A DNA stretch of 64,000 nt from Macrostomum lignano (taxonomy: Eukaryota), in NCBI GenBank assembly GCA_002269645.1, contig NIVC01002665.1, positions 1 to 64,000 on the forward strand, given 5' to 3'. A model generated the notes under the pieces. That model saw nothing but the letters and a program-made list of their open reading frames with translations. It had not been told where the DNA came from and ran no database searches. Shown here piece by piece: positions 16,921 to 29,300 of the stretch (position 1 is the stretch's first letter; each line of letters opens with the position of its first letter). Position numbers and translations under genes: made by a program.

Positions 16921-18889
16921 TTTGGCCCTGTAAAAACCATATAAATTTGTTGTAATTAGCTTCCTTCAGCTCTTCATTTCACACCACTTCCAAGTTCTTC
17001 TAGTCTAGAAATCTTTGGCGGCAAAGTGGTTGCTAGTCAAGTAGTCCTTGAAAGTCAGACCTGATTACTGATCTTGAGCTGATGGAGTTGCCTACGCTGT
17101 CTCAATCGCGATTGAGAAAGTTCACTCTGAATTGGAACTGAATTAACTAAACATAATTTCTGGGCACCTTTTTAGCGCAGCAACGAAAGTGGACGATTGT
17201 GGGACTTTAAAGCTATTGAACTCCTGTCAATATGGTACCGTATAGCATCATTATAGTAACTTTATAATGGTTTTATTATTGCAATAGGTAACACTCATTG
17301 CAATGTTTACTGCGCAGCATACAGTATGCTCAATGCATATAAGTTCAGTGTCAAGGTAAGGGCCTACTCCCACAAGCGGATGCTGATAAAGCAGGATGCA
17401 GCTGGCTGCTGCTTCTAAACGAAGAAGACCTGCGGGCTTATCAGTTGGAGAGCGCCCTCCCCCCCTTTTTAGGCGGGCTTCTTTCCTGACGTGAGGCGAG
17501 GCGGAAGAGGCGAAACAAAACTCGAGGGCGTTCAAAGGCCAGGCCACCCATGACTTTGGTTTAGCAACCTGGGATATCCACCCAGCCCTACTGCTCTTAA
17601 TTGGGCTAACATGGCCGAATCACGCAGCCCGAACAAATCCCTACTCTGCGCCTTCCTTCACCTTGTCAGGTCTCCAACTATTCAAGTAAAGTATATGTTA
17701 ACCCCTGAGGAGCATCTTAATGATATTTACCACAGACAGTCTCAGTGCTCGCTGGTAGTGCACTGAATCAATTGGCTTTTGGCCATAGACATCCTCAGCG
17801 AGCGGCTGCCGCAAGGAGTTCTATTATTATGTCAGGTGTTTCAATCTCGTTTCAACAGGCGTCTGTATAGGGTTCGTTTAACATGGATTTTTAGGTTTTC
17901 ATCGGCTGTGAAACAAATCATGGTTGCATCGGTTTTTATTATTATACAAGCACCAAACTTTTATGGCTGTCTTACTGCCGCATTCAAACTCCAAAGGAAT
18001 GTCACAACGACTCACAATTTGCTTGTAAATTTAAGTCTATCTATCTATTGTACCTGTGGCCTTTTTGCCTCACGGGCCAACAACAATGCAGTGCTAGTTT
18101 ATAGCTCTAGACCTATATATTTAAGATCCACTAACTGAGCGGTAGAGAAGTCATGAAAAGTGGTTGATACAACGAACTGTCTATGGCCAAACCTCTATCA
18201 ACTGCCCGGACATTTCTAATGTTATTTATGAATGAAATTTATAGAAAGCAAAAAATTCTTTGATGAAAAGTGGAATGGGGGGCTTTGTCCCTACCAGCCC
18301 CATTCCGGAATGTGCAGAGCAACGACTTTAACTCCACCCCATTCCCAATGGTGCGGTATTGATTATATATGTCTATGGTAAAAACTTAGAAAAGACAAAT
18401 ATTCCCTGCTATATGTTTATTTCAGCGTCAAAAAAGATGATGTGATTTTAAAGCGCTAAATCTTGCGTTCAACAATCTTTTCACTCTGCCTGGTCAACTG
18501 CCTGCTTCTATAGGCTACCGGCAGCTGTACTTTTATCATAGCGGATAGGGGCGAGTTTAATCAGTCCACCAAAATCTTCTCAAACTGCCATCATTCTTAT
18601 CTCCTAGCTTGGCCGCAGCCGTACCAGCAGCAATAATATGCTGCCGCAGCTGGGCAGAATCCTTGCAAAGCTTCAACTTGGCTCGCCTGAGCAAAATCAA
18701 TCTTATTCAAAATCTTCTTATAGAATCGAATTATTCGAAGCGACAGTCTGCTCGGTATAGCAGCAAATTGGATGCAACTTGAGCGGTTGCGGAGGTGACT
18801 GTAGAGGCTACAGGATTGATTGAATTACAGTTAAAGTAAGCCTATATTTAAGGAGTACTCAGGTTGGAGGCGAGCCATCAAAATAAAAG

Positions 18890-19610
18890 GGGCGCCTCTC
18901 AGGATGAGTAGAGGGAGAAGGATAGAGGGAGGGGCGCTATCGGGATAAATGGAAAGGCGCCATTAGGATAGAGGAAAAGGCGCCATCAGGATAGAGGAAA
19001 AGGCGCCATCAGAAAAGAGGAAAAGGCGCCATCAGGATGGAGCGAAAACGCCATCAGGATAGAGAGAAAGGCGCCATCAGGATAGAGGGAAAGGCGCCAT
19101 CAGGATAGAGGGAAAGGCGCCATCAGGATAGAGGGAAAGACGCCATCAGGATGGAGCGAAAACGCCATCAGGATAGAGGGAAAGGCGCCATCAGGATAGA
19201 GGGAAAGGCGCCATCAGGATAGAGGGAAAGGCGCCATCAGGATAGAGGGAAAGACGCCATCAGGATAGAGGAAAAGGCGCCATCAGGATATAGGGAAAGG
19301 CGCCATCAGAATAGAGGAAAGGCGCCATCAGGATAGAGAGAGAGTGGCGCCATGGATAGAGGAAAAAGCGTCATCAGGATAGAGGAAAAAGCGCCATCAG
19401 GATAGAGGGAAAGGCGCCATCAGGATAGAGGGAAAGGCGCCATCAGGATAGAGGGAGGAGCGCCAATAGGATAGAGGGAGGAGCGCCATCAGGATAGAGG
19501 GAGGGGCACCATCAGGATAGAGGGAGGGGTGCCATCAGGATAGAGGGAGGAGCGCCATCAGGATAGAGGGAGGAGCGCCATTAGGATAGACAGAGGGGCG
19601 CCATCAGGAA
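18890..19610. repeat. 23-bp minisatellite GGCGCCATCAGGATAGAGGGAAA
   Basis: Direct reading. Confidence 0.95.
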
Positions 19611-19674
19611 AGTATCAGAAAGCAGTTAAGAATCAGCCTTTTCATCGTCAATCCATTCCCCAACCCCGCGGCAG

Positions 19675-19871
19675 ATTCTCGGCCGTGGCCATCGAGATGC
19701 TGCGGGAACAGGAGGACCGCGACCTGCATCCGTACGGCCGGGGCGGCCGCTTCGAGGGCGTGCTGTACTCTCGCCGGGTTAAAGTGCAAGTGGACCACGC
19801 CAAATTCCTGGCTTGGATAGTGTTTGCCGGGTTCATCCTGCTCACTTCTGGAGCAATCATCATTCTGGCCG
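19675..19871 (+). CDS. Candidate coding exon with a transmembrane helix (FSAVAIEMLREQEDRDLHPYGRGGRFEGVLYSRRVKVQVDHAKFLAWIVFAGFILLTSGAIIILA)
   Basis: Pyrimidine tract plus GCAG acceptor ending at 19674; phase 2/1; hydrophobic run FLAWIVFAGFILLTSGAIIILA; donor GTTCGT is weak. Confidence 0.55.
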
Positions 19872-20334
19872 GTTCGTGTTGCCATGCGATTTTAAGGCGC
19901 TAATTGATTTTTTCGAAAATCACACGATATCCCAGTATCCATGGAGACAATTCGAGCAGCCTTTGCAGAGCCCCAATAGCCATGCACTTTTCCTAATAAG
20001 TTCTGGTAAACAGACCAACCTTTTGGGCCAAGTTGAGTTTTTTAGCTTGATAGAGTGCTGAGTGCATGCTTTTGAGCATGACAGGTGCAATAAATCTCCT
20101 CTACCGCAGTTCGCCCGAATTACCAAACAAGAGCTAATCTAGCTCGTACAATAGTTTGCATTAGAGTTACCATGAGATCAGGCCGCACAGACAAGCGCGT
20201 GTGCTCATTCATGGCTCCAGAAAGTTAATGCAAAAGTTCCCCGTGAATAAGAACACACATGTACTTCCATATTTCCTATCTCAAGGCAGAAATTACTGAA
20301 CTAGCAACCTACAGTTTGAATCACCAGGCCAGCA

Positions 20335-20750
20335 GCACCAAGCTGGCAACCCTCAGGGTTAACAGCAACCCCTAGCTGGCAACCCTCAGGACTATCAGCA
20401 ACCCCTCCGCTGGCAACCCTCAGGGCTAGCAGCAACCCCTAGCTGGCAACCCTCAGGACTAGCAGCAACCCCTAGCTGGCAACCCTCTGGGTTAGCAGCA
20501 ACCCCTAGCTGGCAACCCTCAGGACTATCAGCAACCCCTCCGCTGGCAACCCTCAGGGCTAGCAGCAACCCCTAGCTGGCAACCCTCAGGACTAGCAGCA
20601 ACCCCTAGCTGGCAACCCTCTGGGTTAGCAGCAACCCCTAGCTGGCAACCCTCAGGACTAGCAGCAACCCCTAGCTGGCAACCCTCAGGACTAGCAGCAA
20701 CCCCTCCGCTGGCAACCCTCAGGACTAGCAGCAACCCCTCCGCTGGCAAA
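20335..20750. repeat. 33-bp minisatellite GCTGGCAACCCTCAGGACTAGCAGCAACCCCTA
   Basis: Direct reading. Confidence 0.95.
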
Positions 20751-20823
20751 CCTTTGTACAAGCATTCAGTGTTATTTATCTATTTAACTTGGCCAAAGCT
20801 CGATGGGCGCATTAAAATTGCAG

Positions 20824-20930
20824 AGATGGAGCGAAGGCAGAAGACCCTACAGCACCAACAACTGCTGGCCTCCGTGACTCAGACGCCGGCCCTGTTGGCA
20901 ACAGCGGGAAACGGGAGCGGAGCGCCATAG
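20824..20930 (+). CDS. Candidate terminal coding exon (EMERRQKTLQHQQLLASVTQTPALLATAGNGSGAP*)
   Basis: TTGCAG acceptor; phase 1 matches the 19871 donor; TAG at 20928-20930; AATAAA at about 21064. Confidence 0.45.
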
Positions 20931-21366
20931 CAACAGGGGGCAGTTGCAATTCGAAAGCCGCCACCGGTCAGTAAAAATGTCGCCCAAAATTTACGCTGTA
21001 TGTACATGCGTATAAATTGTCCCTGGATAATGTATATAATAATGTACAGTCGGTTAATACAAAAATAAACGGCTAAACATTTGTTTTCGATCAAATTTAA
21101 TCAACTAAACAATAATGGTACGTTTACAGCTTGCATATTTTCACAAAACTAACCGGCATCAGCGATTAGGAGAAGAAAAACTGCAACAGTTGCAGGCTTG
21201 TCTTTTATTCGAGATTTAGAAAACTCGTAAAAAAACACAAATATAAACAAACATTTCAACTGACAAATCAACTGACACTCTAGCTAATTAGAGCGGTAGA
21301 TGTTTTACAGGCGCGAAAATTCGAAAAAATGCTGAGCGTCTAGTGCCAGTATGCTGTTAGGGTGTT

Positions 21367-21700
21367 TGGCTACCGACCAGCTTGGCTACCTACCAGCTTG
21401 GCTACCAACCAGCTTGGCTACCTACCAGCTTGGCTATCTACCTACCAGCTTGGCTACCTACCAGCTTGGCTACCTACCAGCTTGGCTACCTACCAGCTTG
21501 GCTATCTACCTACCAGCTTGGCTACCTACCAGCTTGGCTATCTACCAGCTTGGCTACCTACCAGCTTGGCTACCTACCAGCTTGGCTACCTACCAGCTTG
21601 GCTACCTACCAGCTTGGCTACCTACCAGCTTGGCTACCTACCAGCTTGGCTACCTACCAGCTTGGCTATCTACCAGCTAGGCTTCCTACCAGCTTAGCTT
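21367..21700. repeat. 16-bp minisatellite TACCAGCTTGGCTACC
   Basis: Direct reading. Confidence 0.95.
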
Positions 21701-21799
21701 GTAAACGTAAAAATATGAAGAACTCCAACACATTAAAATCGAGAGCCTATACCCCAGAATTACAGCTAATAAGCTGGCAGACTCTCCAGTTTAAAGTTG

Positions 21800-22516
21800 T
21801 CAATACAAGCCTTCGACTGGCCGGCTGCCGTACAGCAGACGCCAGGACGACGGCAGAGGCCGTCCAGGTACCGGCGCCAGGCCCGGCTGTCCGAGAATGG
21901 CGGCCACAGCTTCGGCCAACTGTCCGGCGTGTCCGGAATTGTCGCCCTCGGAGCAGAACAGGCAGGCCAAAGCCGTGCCAGTCGGGCGCGAGTCGGCGGC
22001 CAGCCGGCGGAACAGCGGCCCGGCCAGGCCGACGCCGGAGAGGCGACGCTCCGGCTCTAGCGACTCGAACTCGAGACCTTCTGGCGCGGGATTCGGCCAA
22101 CCGGGCGAGCCGGCCAAGCCAAGCGACGGGCAGCTGGGCTCCCGCCTAGACGAGTCCCATGCGCTGGCTAGCAGCAGCACGCGGGCGAAGCCGCACTCGG
22201 CGATGAGGTTGCAGGCCTCGTCAAGGAAGCGCCGCCTTCGACAGGCCAGCACGGGGGAGCGCAGCTGCAGCACAACGATGCGGCGCTGCTCGCTCTCCCA
22301 CAGTTCGGCGGCTGTGCAGGGCGGCCCGCCGAACGGGCCGGGGCCGCACACCGGGGTCAGCGAGGCGCTGTGCCAGTAGCCCACCGAGTACAGCCGGCCG
22401 GAGCTGATGATCAGGTCGGCAGCCAGCTGGCCAACGTTGCCGACTGACACGCTAGGCAGCACGCAGGTGTAGTCGGACCATTTGCCCGGCCCGATGGACT
22501 TGTCTGACAGCACCAG
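21800..22516 (-). CDS. PSMG2: Proteasome assembly chaperone 2 (PAC2); single exon with no ATG of its own
   Basis: Family motifs PSVSVGNVGQLAADLII, VLQLRSP, LFCSEGDN and C-terminal PSSWRLLYG. The ORF starts right after acceptor CCGCCCGCAG (22517). There is an in-frame TAG 8 codons upstream and no Met in the whole ORF. Confidence 0.9.
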   Translation of the reverse strand: MVLSDKSIGPGKWSDYTCVLPSVSVGNVGQLAADLIISSGRLYSVGYWHSASLTPVCGPGPFGGPPCTAAELWESEQRRIVVLQLRSPVLACRRRRFLDEACNLIAECGFARVLLLASAWDSSRREPSCPSLGLAGSPGWPNPAPEGLEFESLEPERRLSGVGLAGPLFRRLAADSRPTGTALACLFCSEGDNSGHAGQLAEAVAAILGQPGLAPVPGRPLPSSWRLLYGSRPVEGLY

Positions 22517-22534
22517 CTGCGGGCGGGCGGCGAC

Positions 22535-22668
22535 AAGCTAACAGCTGACCCTACTGAATAGCAACAAGCAAACAGCTGACCCTACAGCATAGGAACAAGC
22601 AAACAGCTGACCCTACAGCATAGGAACAAGCAAACAGCTGACCCTACAGCATAGGAACAAGCTAACAG
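22535..22668. repeat. About 31-bp tandem repeat, about 4 copies (AAGCAAACAGCTGACCCTACAGCATAGGAAC), between CWC22 and PSMG2
   Basis: Direct reading. Confidence 0.9.
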
Positions 22669-22873
22669 TCCCGCTTTATAATACGCTCGTAAAAAATCAT
22701 GAATATACATAGAAAACATTCAATAATTGGAAACGCAACGAAGTTGGTGCAAAGGCGGCACAATTGAAGCCACGTGTATTTAGCCGGGCAAATTTATAAC
22801 AACATGAATATGAATTTAATTTACAAGCACATTACCAGTTATGAAGCGGTGCTAAACATAGTAGGCAGTTCTT

Positions 22874-22879
22874 TTTATT
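22874..22879 (-). promoter_or_regulatory. Putative poly(A) signal of CWC22
   Basis: AATAAA on the minus strand about 17 nt after the CWC22 stop. Confidence 0.55.
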
Positions 22880-22895
22880 AAAAAATGAAATCAGC

Positions 22896-25800
22896 CTATC
22901 GGCGACTTCCTCGTTCGCTTCGATCGCCGACAAGGCGAACTTCGCTACGGATCTGCGTCCCTCGGCGATTATCGCCGTTCCTATTATCATCGACAGGTCG
23001 CCGACGCTCGACTGAGTTGCGACGGGATCGATCGTGGCTGTGGTCTCCGACATCCCGACGATGCTGATCGTTGTTGTCGCGCTTGTCCGAGGCTCGCCGA
23101 CTATCTCGACTGTCGCGACTTGGCCGACGAGATTCATCGCCGTCGTCACGTTCATAGTCGCGGTCTCGATCGCGACCGCTGCCTCGCCGCCTCTCCGACT
23201 GCTTATCAACAGCCGCGTCCGACTGTCGGCTGTGTGGGATTAGAAAAAAGTACAGGTGGGTTATTGCTGCTTGTATAACCTACTGGCGAGTAGCGAGAAT
23301 AGCACATCAAGCTTTAATAGTACGAGTATCTAATAATAATAATTGATTACACCTTCCTTTATGGCCAGATGTGCAACCGACAGCTCAACCGCAGCTATTG
23401 CGCGGCGCATCTGAAGGCTGCCTACGGCTGTTCAGTCCAAGGACTGGGGGGTCGCCACACACCCCCTCAATTACCCCAGCTAATGCTGGCACCCATTTTA
23501 CAGCTGGGTGAACTGAAGCAATGCAGATTTAAGTGTCTTGCTCAAGGACACAAATAGTTTCGATTGGGATCGGGAATCGAACCCCGACCTTTGTAATGAG
23601 TCCGACGCTCTAACCACTAGGCTAAAACCCCCTATAATAGTGCACTTTAAATAGTGTACTAATGATAAAACTAAAACGAAAGTTGAATCTAAGTAAAGGA
23701 TATTTCCATAAGATTTACACCAGAATTAGGGACAAGTCCGGGCCGCTGCACATTCTGTGTGAGTGTGGGGATATATATAGTTAACAGCTTACCCATGCCG
23801 CTGCCTGCCTTCATCAGTAGGTGCCGCAGCCTCTTTCGGCTCCTGCTTGATTGATCGGCTGGCCCGTCCGCTACTCCGCTTCCGTCTAGCTGACGCCTCA
23901 TCATCCGAGTCTGAGTCAGAATCAGAGGACGATGACGAAGACGAACTGCTACTAGAAGAGGAAGACTCTGAGGAATCAGACTCCTCAGCCTTGGGCTTTG
24001 GTGCAGTCTCGTACCACTGGCGCAGCGGCAGGGTGACTCCGTTGAGGCCGATGCTCTTGAAGTAGTTAATCGAGAAGCGGGTATTGCGCGGATGATCCCG
24101 CGGGAACAGGCCCTCGAAGAATGCCTGCAGAGTGCAGTCGGCGAAGCGCTGGGAGAGCCTCTCCAAGCCCATGTGCTCGGCCAGGTCTTGGAACAGGATC
24201 TTCAGAAATATCCTACTAGAAGACGTTGTGCCCTGCTCAGTGAGCTGCACGCACTGCATCACGCCCCACGAGATTGAGTCAGTGTGCAACAGGTGAGCAA
24301 AGAATCTGGCCACATTGCGCAGCTTCATCGTCTCCAGCCTGTGAATAGTATTATACTGCTCAGTGAAGATCCTCTCATAGTGCTGCACGTAGGCTCTGTC
24401 TAATTGGCAGAATCTCTGCGCCATCAATCCGTAGAATTTCTCGTAGGTGCGCAGCTGGGCGCAGCAGTCCAGAATCATGCTGGCCAGTTCGGCATCCTCG
24501 CCAGGCCGCAGCTGGATGCGCCGGAGCTTGTGGGCCGCCTCCTCGTAGTCTAGGCTGCTCTGCACAGTCAGGTAGATGGTCTTGCGCAGCTGCACTAGCT
24601 GGGCCTGGGTCTGGTCGATGGCCGGCTTAGCCGCCGCCGCCTCCGTATCTGCGCCTTCGCCGGCTTCGTTGTCGTCTTCGCTTTCGCTGCCGTCGCTGCT
24701 GTCGCTGCCACTGTCGCTGCTACTGTCGTCTCCGTCGCCGAGCAGCTCCCGTTGGATAGCCTTGTATTCGTCCTCGTGGGTGAGATAGTCCGGATCGTAG
24801 CGGAATACATTCAGCGCCTGCTCAGTGTCGTGCTCATCCTCCAGGCTGAGCAGGTGAGTCACCTGGTCCTCCTCTTCCACTAGGTCTAGGGCCTCCTGGA
24901 TTGATGGGTACTGCTTGAACTCGTCCTGGCGGACCTGCGAGATTAGAAATTAAAAAACAGTTGATGCTGAAATCACTACTGACATATCATTACAATAGTA
25001 ATAACAATAGGGCAGAATTATAATGATAACTTAAATGATTTATACGATGCAAACTTGTTCATTTTTGCATACACTTGTCTCATACTACAATTGCACATTT
25101 TGTTTAGATGGCTACTTTTAGATTGTCTATATGGTTTGTACTACTTGCTTTCTTCACCCCAAGAGTAGGCTCAATGCGTATTTTTTTTGCCCTGCGACTG
25201 TCATACAGAGAGTGCGAATGAGCATTCTGGGTGATATTCTGTGTAATCAGCTACCTATATCAAAAACAGGTGGCATCGGGACTGAAGACACTCAGAACCG
25301 GTAAGACAGACAACACCGGTGCAAAAAGACACGACTTTACTAAAAGGTTCAAGGCACCATTGCTGAGACAAAGAGAGCCGATACTAGAAGATAAATAGCA
25401 CCGGTACGAGCGTACTAAAATATGAGTTGCATGGTCGCATCGAATGAAAGAAAAATACCATAGTATCAGTAGTGAAAGACAGGTAACACCGGAACCCCGC
25501 CCCTATAATATAAAGACACCGGGACAGGTACTAGAACCGGTACTAAATATCACCCATCACAGGTACTAAAAGACAAGGTAGCACTGATGCACAGCGAGCC
25601 TCACCTGAAACAGAGTCTCAATCATGTACTGGACTCGCTTATCCAACGCGGCCTCGTGCAAGATGCCCCGCAGCTGATCGAAGATCATGCGCAGTCCTCT
25701 TGGTGCAGTCTCCAACAGTCTGGCGCCGACCTCCTTAAGGAAGCCGACTGCAATCTCAACGGAGCCGTCCGTCGGCCTGTTGAGCAGCAAGGCTAGAATT

Positions 25801-26342
25801 TCCAGAGCCAGAACCTCGTGAGCAACTCGCTGGTTGATGAGGTGAGCCAGAAAAGTGCAAGAATTCAAACAAGTCTCTTTATTGTTTCGCCGAAAAGCCT
25901 TTTTCAACTCCTGTATGAGGCGTTTCAAGGCTAGTTCGCCAATCTGCGGAAATCTAGTATTGACAACGGCCACTAGGCCGGCAAAGACGGGCGTGAACAC
26001 AGGTGAGGTGGCCTGATTGGTCATCAGAGACCGGATGAACAAGCCCCGGCCTCTGACCAGATTCTCCGATAGTAATTGGCGAACAATATTAGGCAGATTG
26101 GTCACATTAGTCATGTTAATTAGGCTATTAAGAGTTTTCTTAAGCGCCTCCCAGGCCACCCGCTGGTATTGCTCGCTAGACTTGTCGGACATTGAGGCCT
26201 GCATTGCGCGCAGTTTAGCTGGAGGTATATAGGCCCCGCCAGTTCGGGTCAGCAGGTCATCGTTTGCTCGTTTGCGACTGGACCCCTCGGCTGGCGCCTC
26301 TGACGGGGCCGGCTGCTCCACGGGTGCTGATTCTGCAGACAT
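22896..26342 (-). CDS. CWC22: Pre-mRNA splicing factor CWC22 (MIF4G + MA3 domains, R/D/S-rich tail), 737 aa
   Basis: join(complement 26342..25605, 24934..23793, 23229..22896) = 2214 nt with GT-AG introns in phases 0 and 2. Motifs [77 protein letters not shown]. Confidence 0.95.
23331..23630 (-). mobile_element. tRNA-derived SINE family A with MIR-like CORE domain, in CWC22 intron 2
   Basis: Minus strand: A-box TAGCCTAGTGG, B-box GGTTCGATTCC, then TGTGTCCTTGAGCAAGACACTT...CTTCAGTTCACCCAGCTGTAAAATGGG and an (ATT)n tail. Second copy at 53433-53783. Confidence 0.85.
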
Positions 26343-29300
26343 CCGGGCTGTTTGGTGTTGCTGGAATCGTTTTGTTTGAAATTTTAAGCAGAATCACACT
26401 GCTATTTGGCATCTTTGGGTTCAAATTGGAACCCTTTACATTGTTTAACCTCTTTGAGCCATAGAAGTTGTAAAAGTTTGTATGCCTACAAATTACTCAA
26501 ATTTGAAAATCGATAGAAAAGTCCTAAAGTCTCAATAATTATAACTCCAATAATCATGAACTTCCAGCTTGGAAAATCTGGGTGCCAATTTGGCATCTGG
26601 GATTCACATTGAGGATACCAACATTAAAATTGACATGTATAGGCACACAATATAACAGAAAATGTAGACTAAAGGAGAGGTCAATGTCATTTCATGAGCC
26701 AACTATAACACAAGAAACCTAGGGCTCTAGAGACAAACTAAAAATTGGCATTTAAAACACATTTTAGCTTATATTGTTATATCTATAAATAAGCCTGACC
26801 TATTGCAAGATAGCAAGGTTTGATTAAGACCAATTTTGTAACATATCCAAGGCTATGCATAGCTGTTACAGGGCAGAGACTTTAAGGAGCCACAATTCTT
26901 ATCCTATAATTTTATAACAGCTCAAAGCTATTACCCTATGACCCAAGGTGAAATTGGAATTTGATATTAGATAATATCAATGACAAATAATAAAAGGTTA
27001 AAATTAAAAATATATAGAAACAGGCACAATGCTAGAAATGATTGTATGATGCTATGCTATTATCAAAGCAATATTCTATTATATATTTTGTACTTAAAGT
27101 AAAATTCCTTTTGGTATCATCTATATATACTGTGATATGAATATTTTACTAATCTAGCTAAAACTAACATTCTAATTGTAAGCAAAGATAAATATATTGG
27201 TACCAAATAAATGTATTTTTCATAAGTAGGATAACATACCAAATAAACCTTATAAGCATCGACTATATTATTTATATTAATATTTTAAACCTTCAAGCAA
27301 CACATAGATTGATAGATACAAAGGTATTTATTTCTATTATACTACCTATATGTATCTAGTCAATTTGTTGATTACCAATTTAACTGTTACTAGTTTATTT
27401 CCAAAATAGCTAAATGAGCATTTCATCTGTAGCAAACAAAATCTAAAAATTAAGGGCAAGTTTTTTAAAAATTTGTTTTTTGGCAATTTGAAAGCAATAA
27501 AGTTATAAAGTAAATTTAGTTGAGTTTTAAAAAGTTAGAAACATCTATAAAAGCACAAATTATTCACATATAGCCTTATTTTTGATGATTTGTAAAAATG
27601 GTAAATTAAATTATGACTAAAATGACTAATAAAAATGATAGAAAGGCTGTAATGTATTTATTAACTTTAAGTATCTTATATTACATTCTATAATGCAACA
27701 ACATATTTAACTTCTTTTTAAGGGTCTATCTATTTATCACTTTCAATACCATTGAGAATATGTATTTTGTAGAGTTCAGTTGCAAAAAATACTATATTCA
27801 ACATAGTTTATTATTTAAGCATGCAAATTCCCATAAGGATCAGAAAATTGCATTTTACCTAGCTTCTACTAATGCAATTTAGAAAATTCTTTTTCTTGTG
27901 CATATACGCCACAATGATATATATTTAAGCCTAATTTCATTGTTCTTTGTTGCTTAATAAATACAGTAAGCATCTTATTTGGAAGCAGATTTGGTTTATT
28001 CTTTTTTCTTACATTTTTAGACTTTGCCCTATTAGTATTATGTTGCTTTTTTGATTGCACTTTTAAAAATAGAACATTTTATATAAATAATAGTAAAACA
28101 ACACTTAATAAATAATTATAATGGCAAAATTTTTATACTTAGTGCAAACTAGCAATCTAGAGCCTTTCCTTTGGGGCACCTAATAAGAAGTAACAAAAAT
28201 TATTTAAATAAATCCATCTAACTAAAGCACATTTTTGTAAGAATAATTTTTTTTTCTATATTATAAATCACCTAATTCAAGTAAATTGCCACAGACAAAG
28301 AAGTTTACTATGAATCTCTTTTTTTAAATTAACAAAGACAAAATAAAGCCAAGTGTATATACACACTATTATCTTAGGAGTCATGCATACCAACTGTGCA
28401 CATCTAATGTTAGATATACAAGGCCAATGCAAGCCTAGATTTTTGGGCATATACTACATAATCCAGAATGTGACATTAGATATAGGCCTATACATTTCAA
28501 TATTAGGCCTAGTAACCAGTTTAACATTGGTAAAGAGTAAACAATATGGCCAAGAAAGTTATACATATAGTCTATAGACCTTCACTTTATGAATATGGTA
28601 ATAGCTAGGCCTATCATAATCATAGTTGCAAGCAGAAAACTATCTTGCTAATCTTAATTGATAAAATTTCAGCCTTGCTGAAATAGTAAAGCATTGTTTT
28701 ACTTAATTTTTGTTTTTTATTATAGAGCTACCATTTTTTATATTGTAGGCCCCTATTTGTCTCTTACCAAAATAACTACAAATTGATATTATGAGGTGTA
28801 TCATGTCACTAAATGACCTCTCACTAAATCTTTCATTTTTTACCAAAGGCAAAGTGTGTCTATCAATATCATTGAAACAACTATTTAAGTATTTTTAAAT
28901 AAAATACCTGTCACCAAATGACCTAAACAATATAAGACCAAGATGGACACACCCCAAGATGGCCACAACATTGAATCTCTTTGGCTCTGCTCTCTTTTTA
29001 TCCTTAATTAGCAACATAATAGCTATTTTTATATTATTTGTTATGGCAGTTATGTTTAATCAATCATATTCATAAATACTGATGAAATAGACCTAATAGA
29101 TTTGAAACTAATTACCTATAATATAAAAACTTTAATCTTTTTCAGTGTTTATGCCAATTTATTCCCTATCATTACATTTATCAAATCTATCACTATATAT
29201 ATAGTATCTGTTTATTAAGAAACCATTGCTACTAGTAATGCTATACACAAATTAAGATGAATATACAACAAGGCAAGGTATTTATTTTGTGTTAGGCTAC

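Noticed and set aside
12517-16955. Long Cys/Trp-rich ORFs (613, 516, 390, 365 aa and others)
   Set aside because: Translations of mini- and microsatellites that are open in all three frames. This contrasts with the 34-kb repeat, which has a signal exon, a unique spacer and processing sites.
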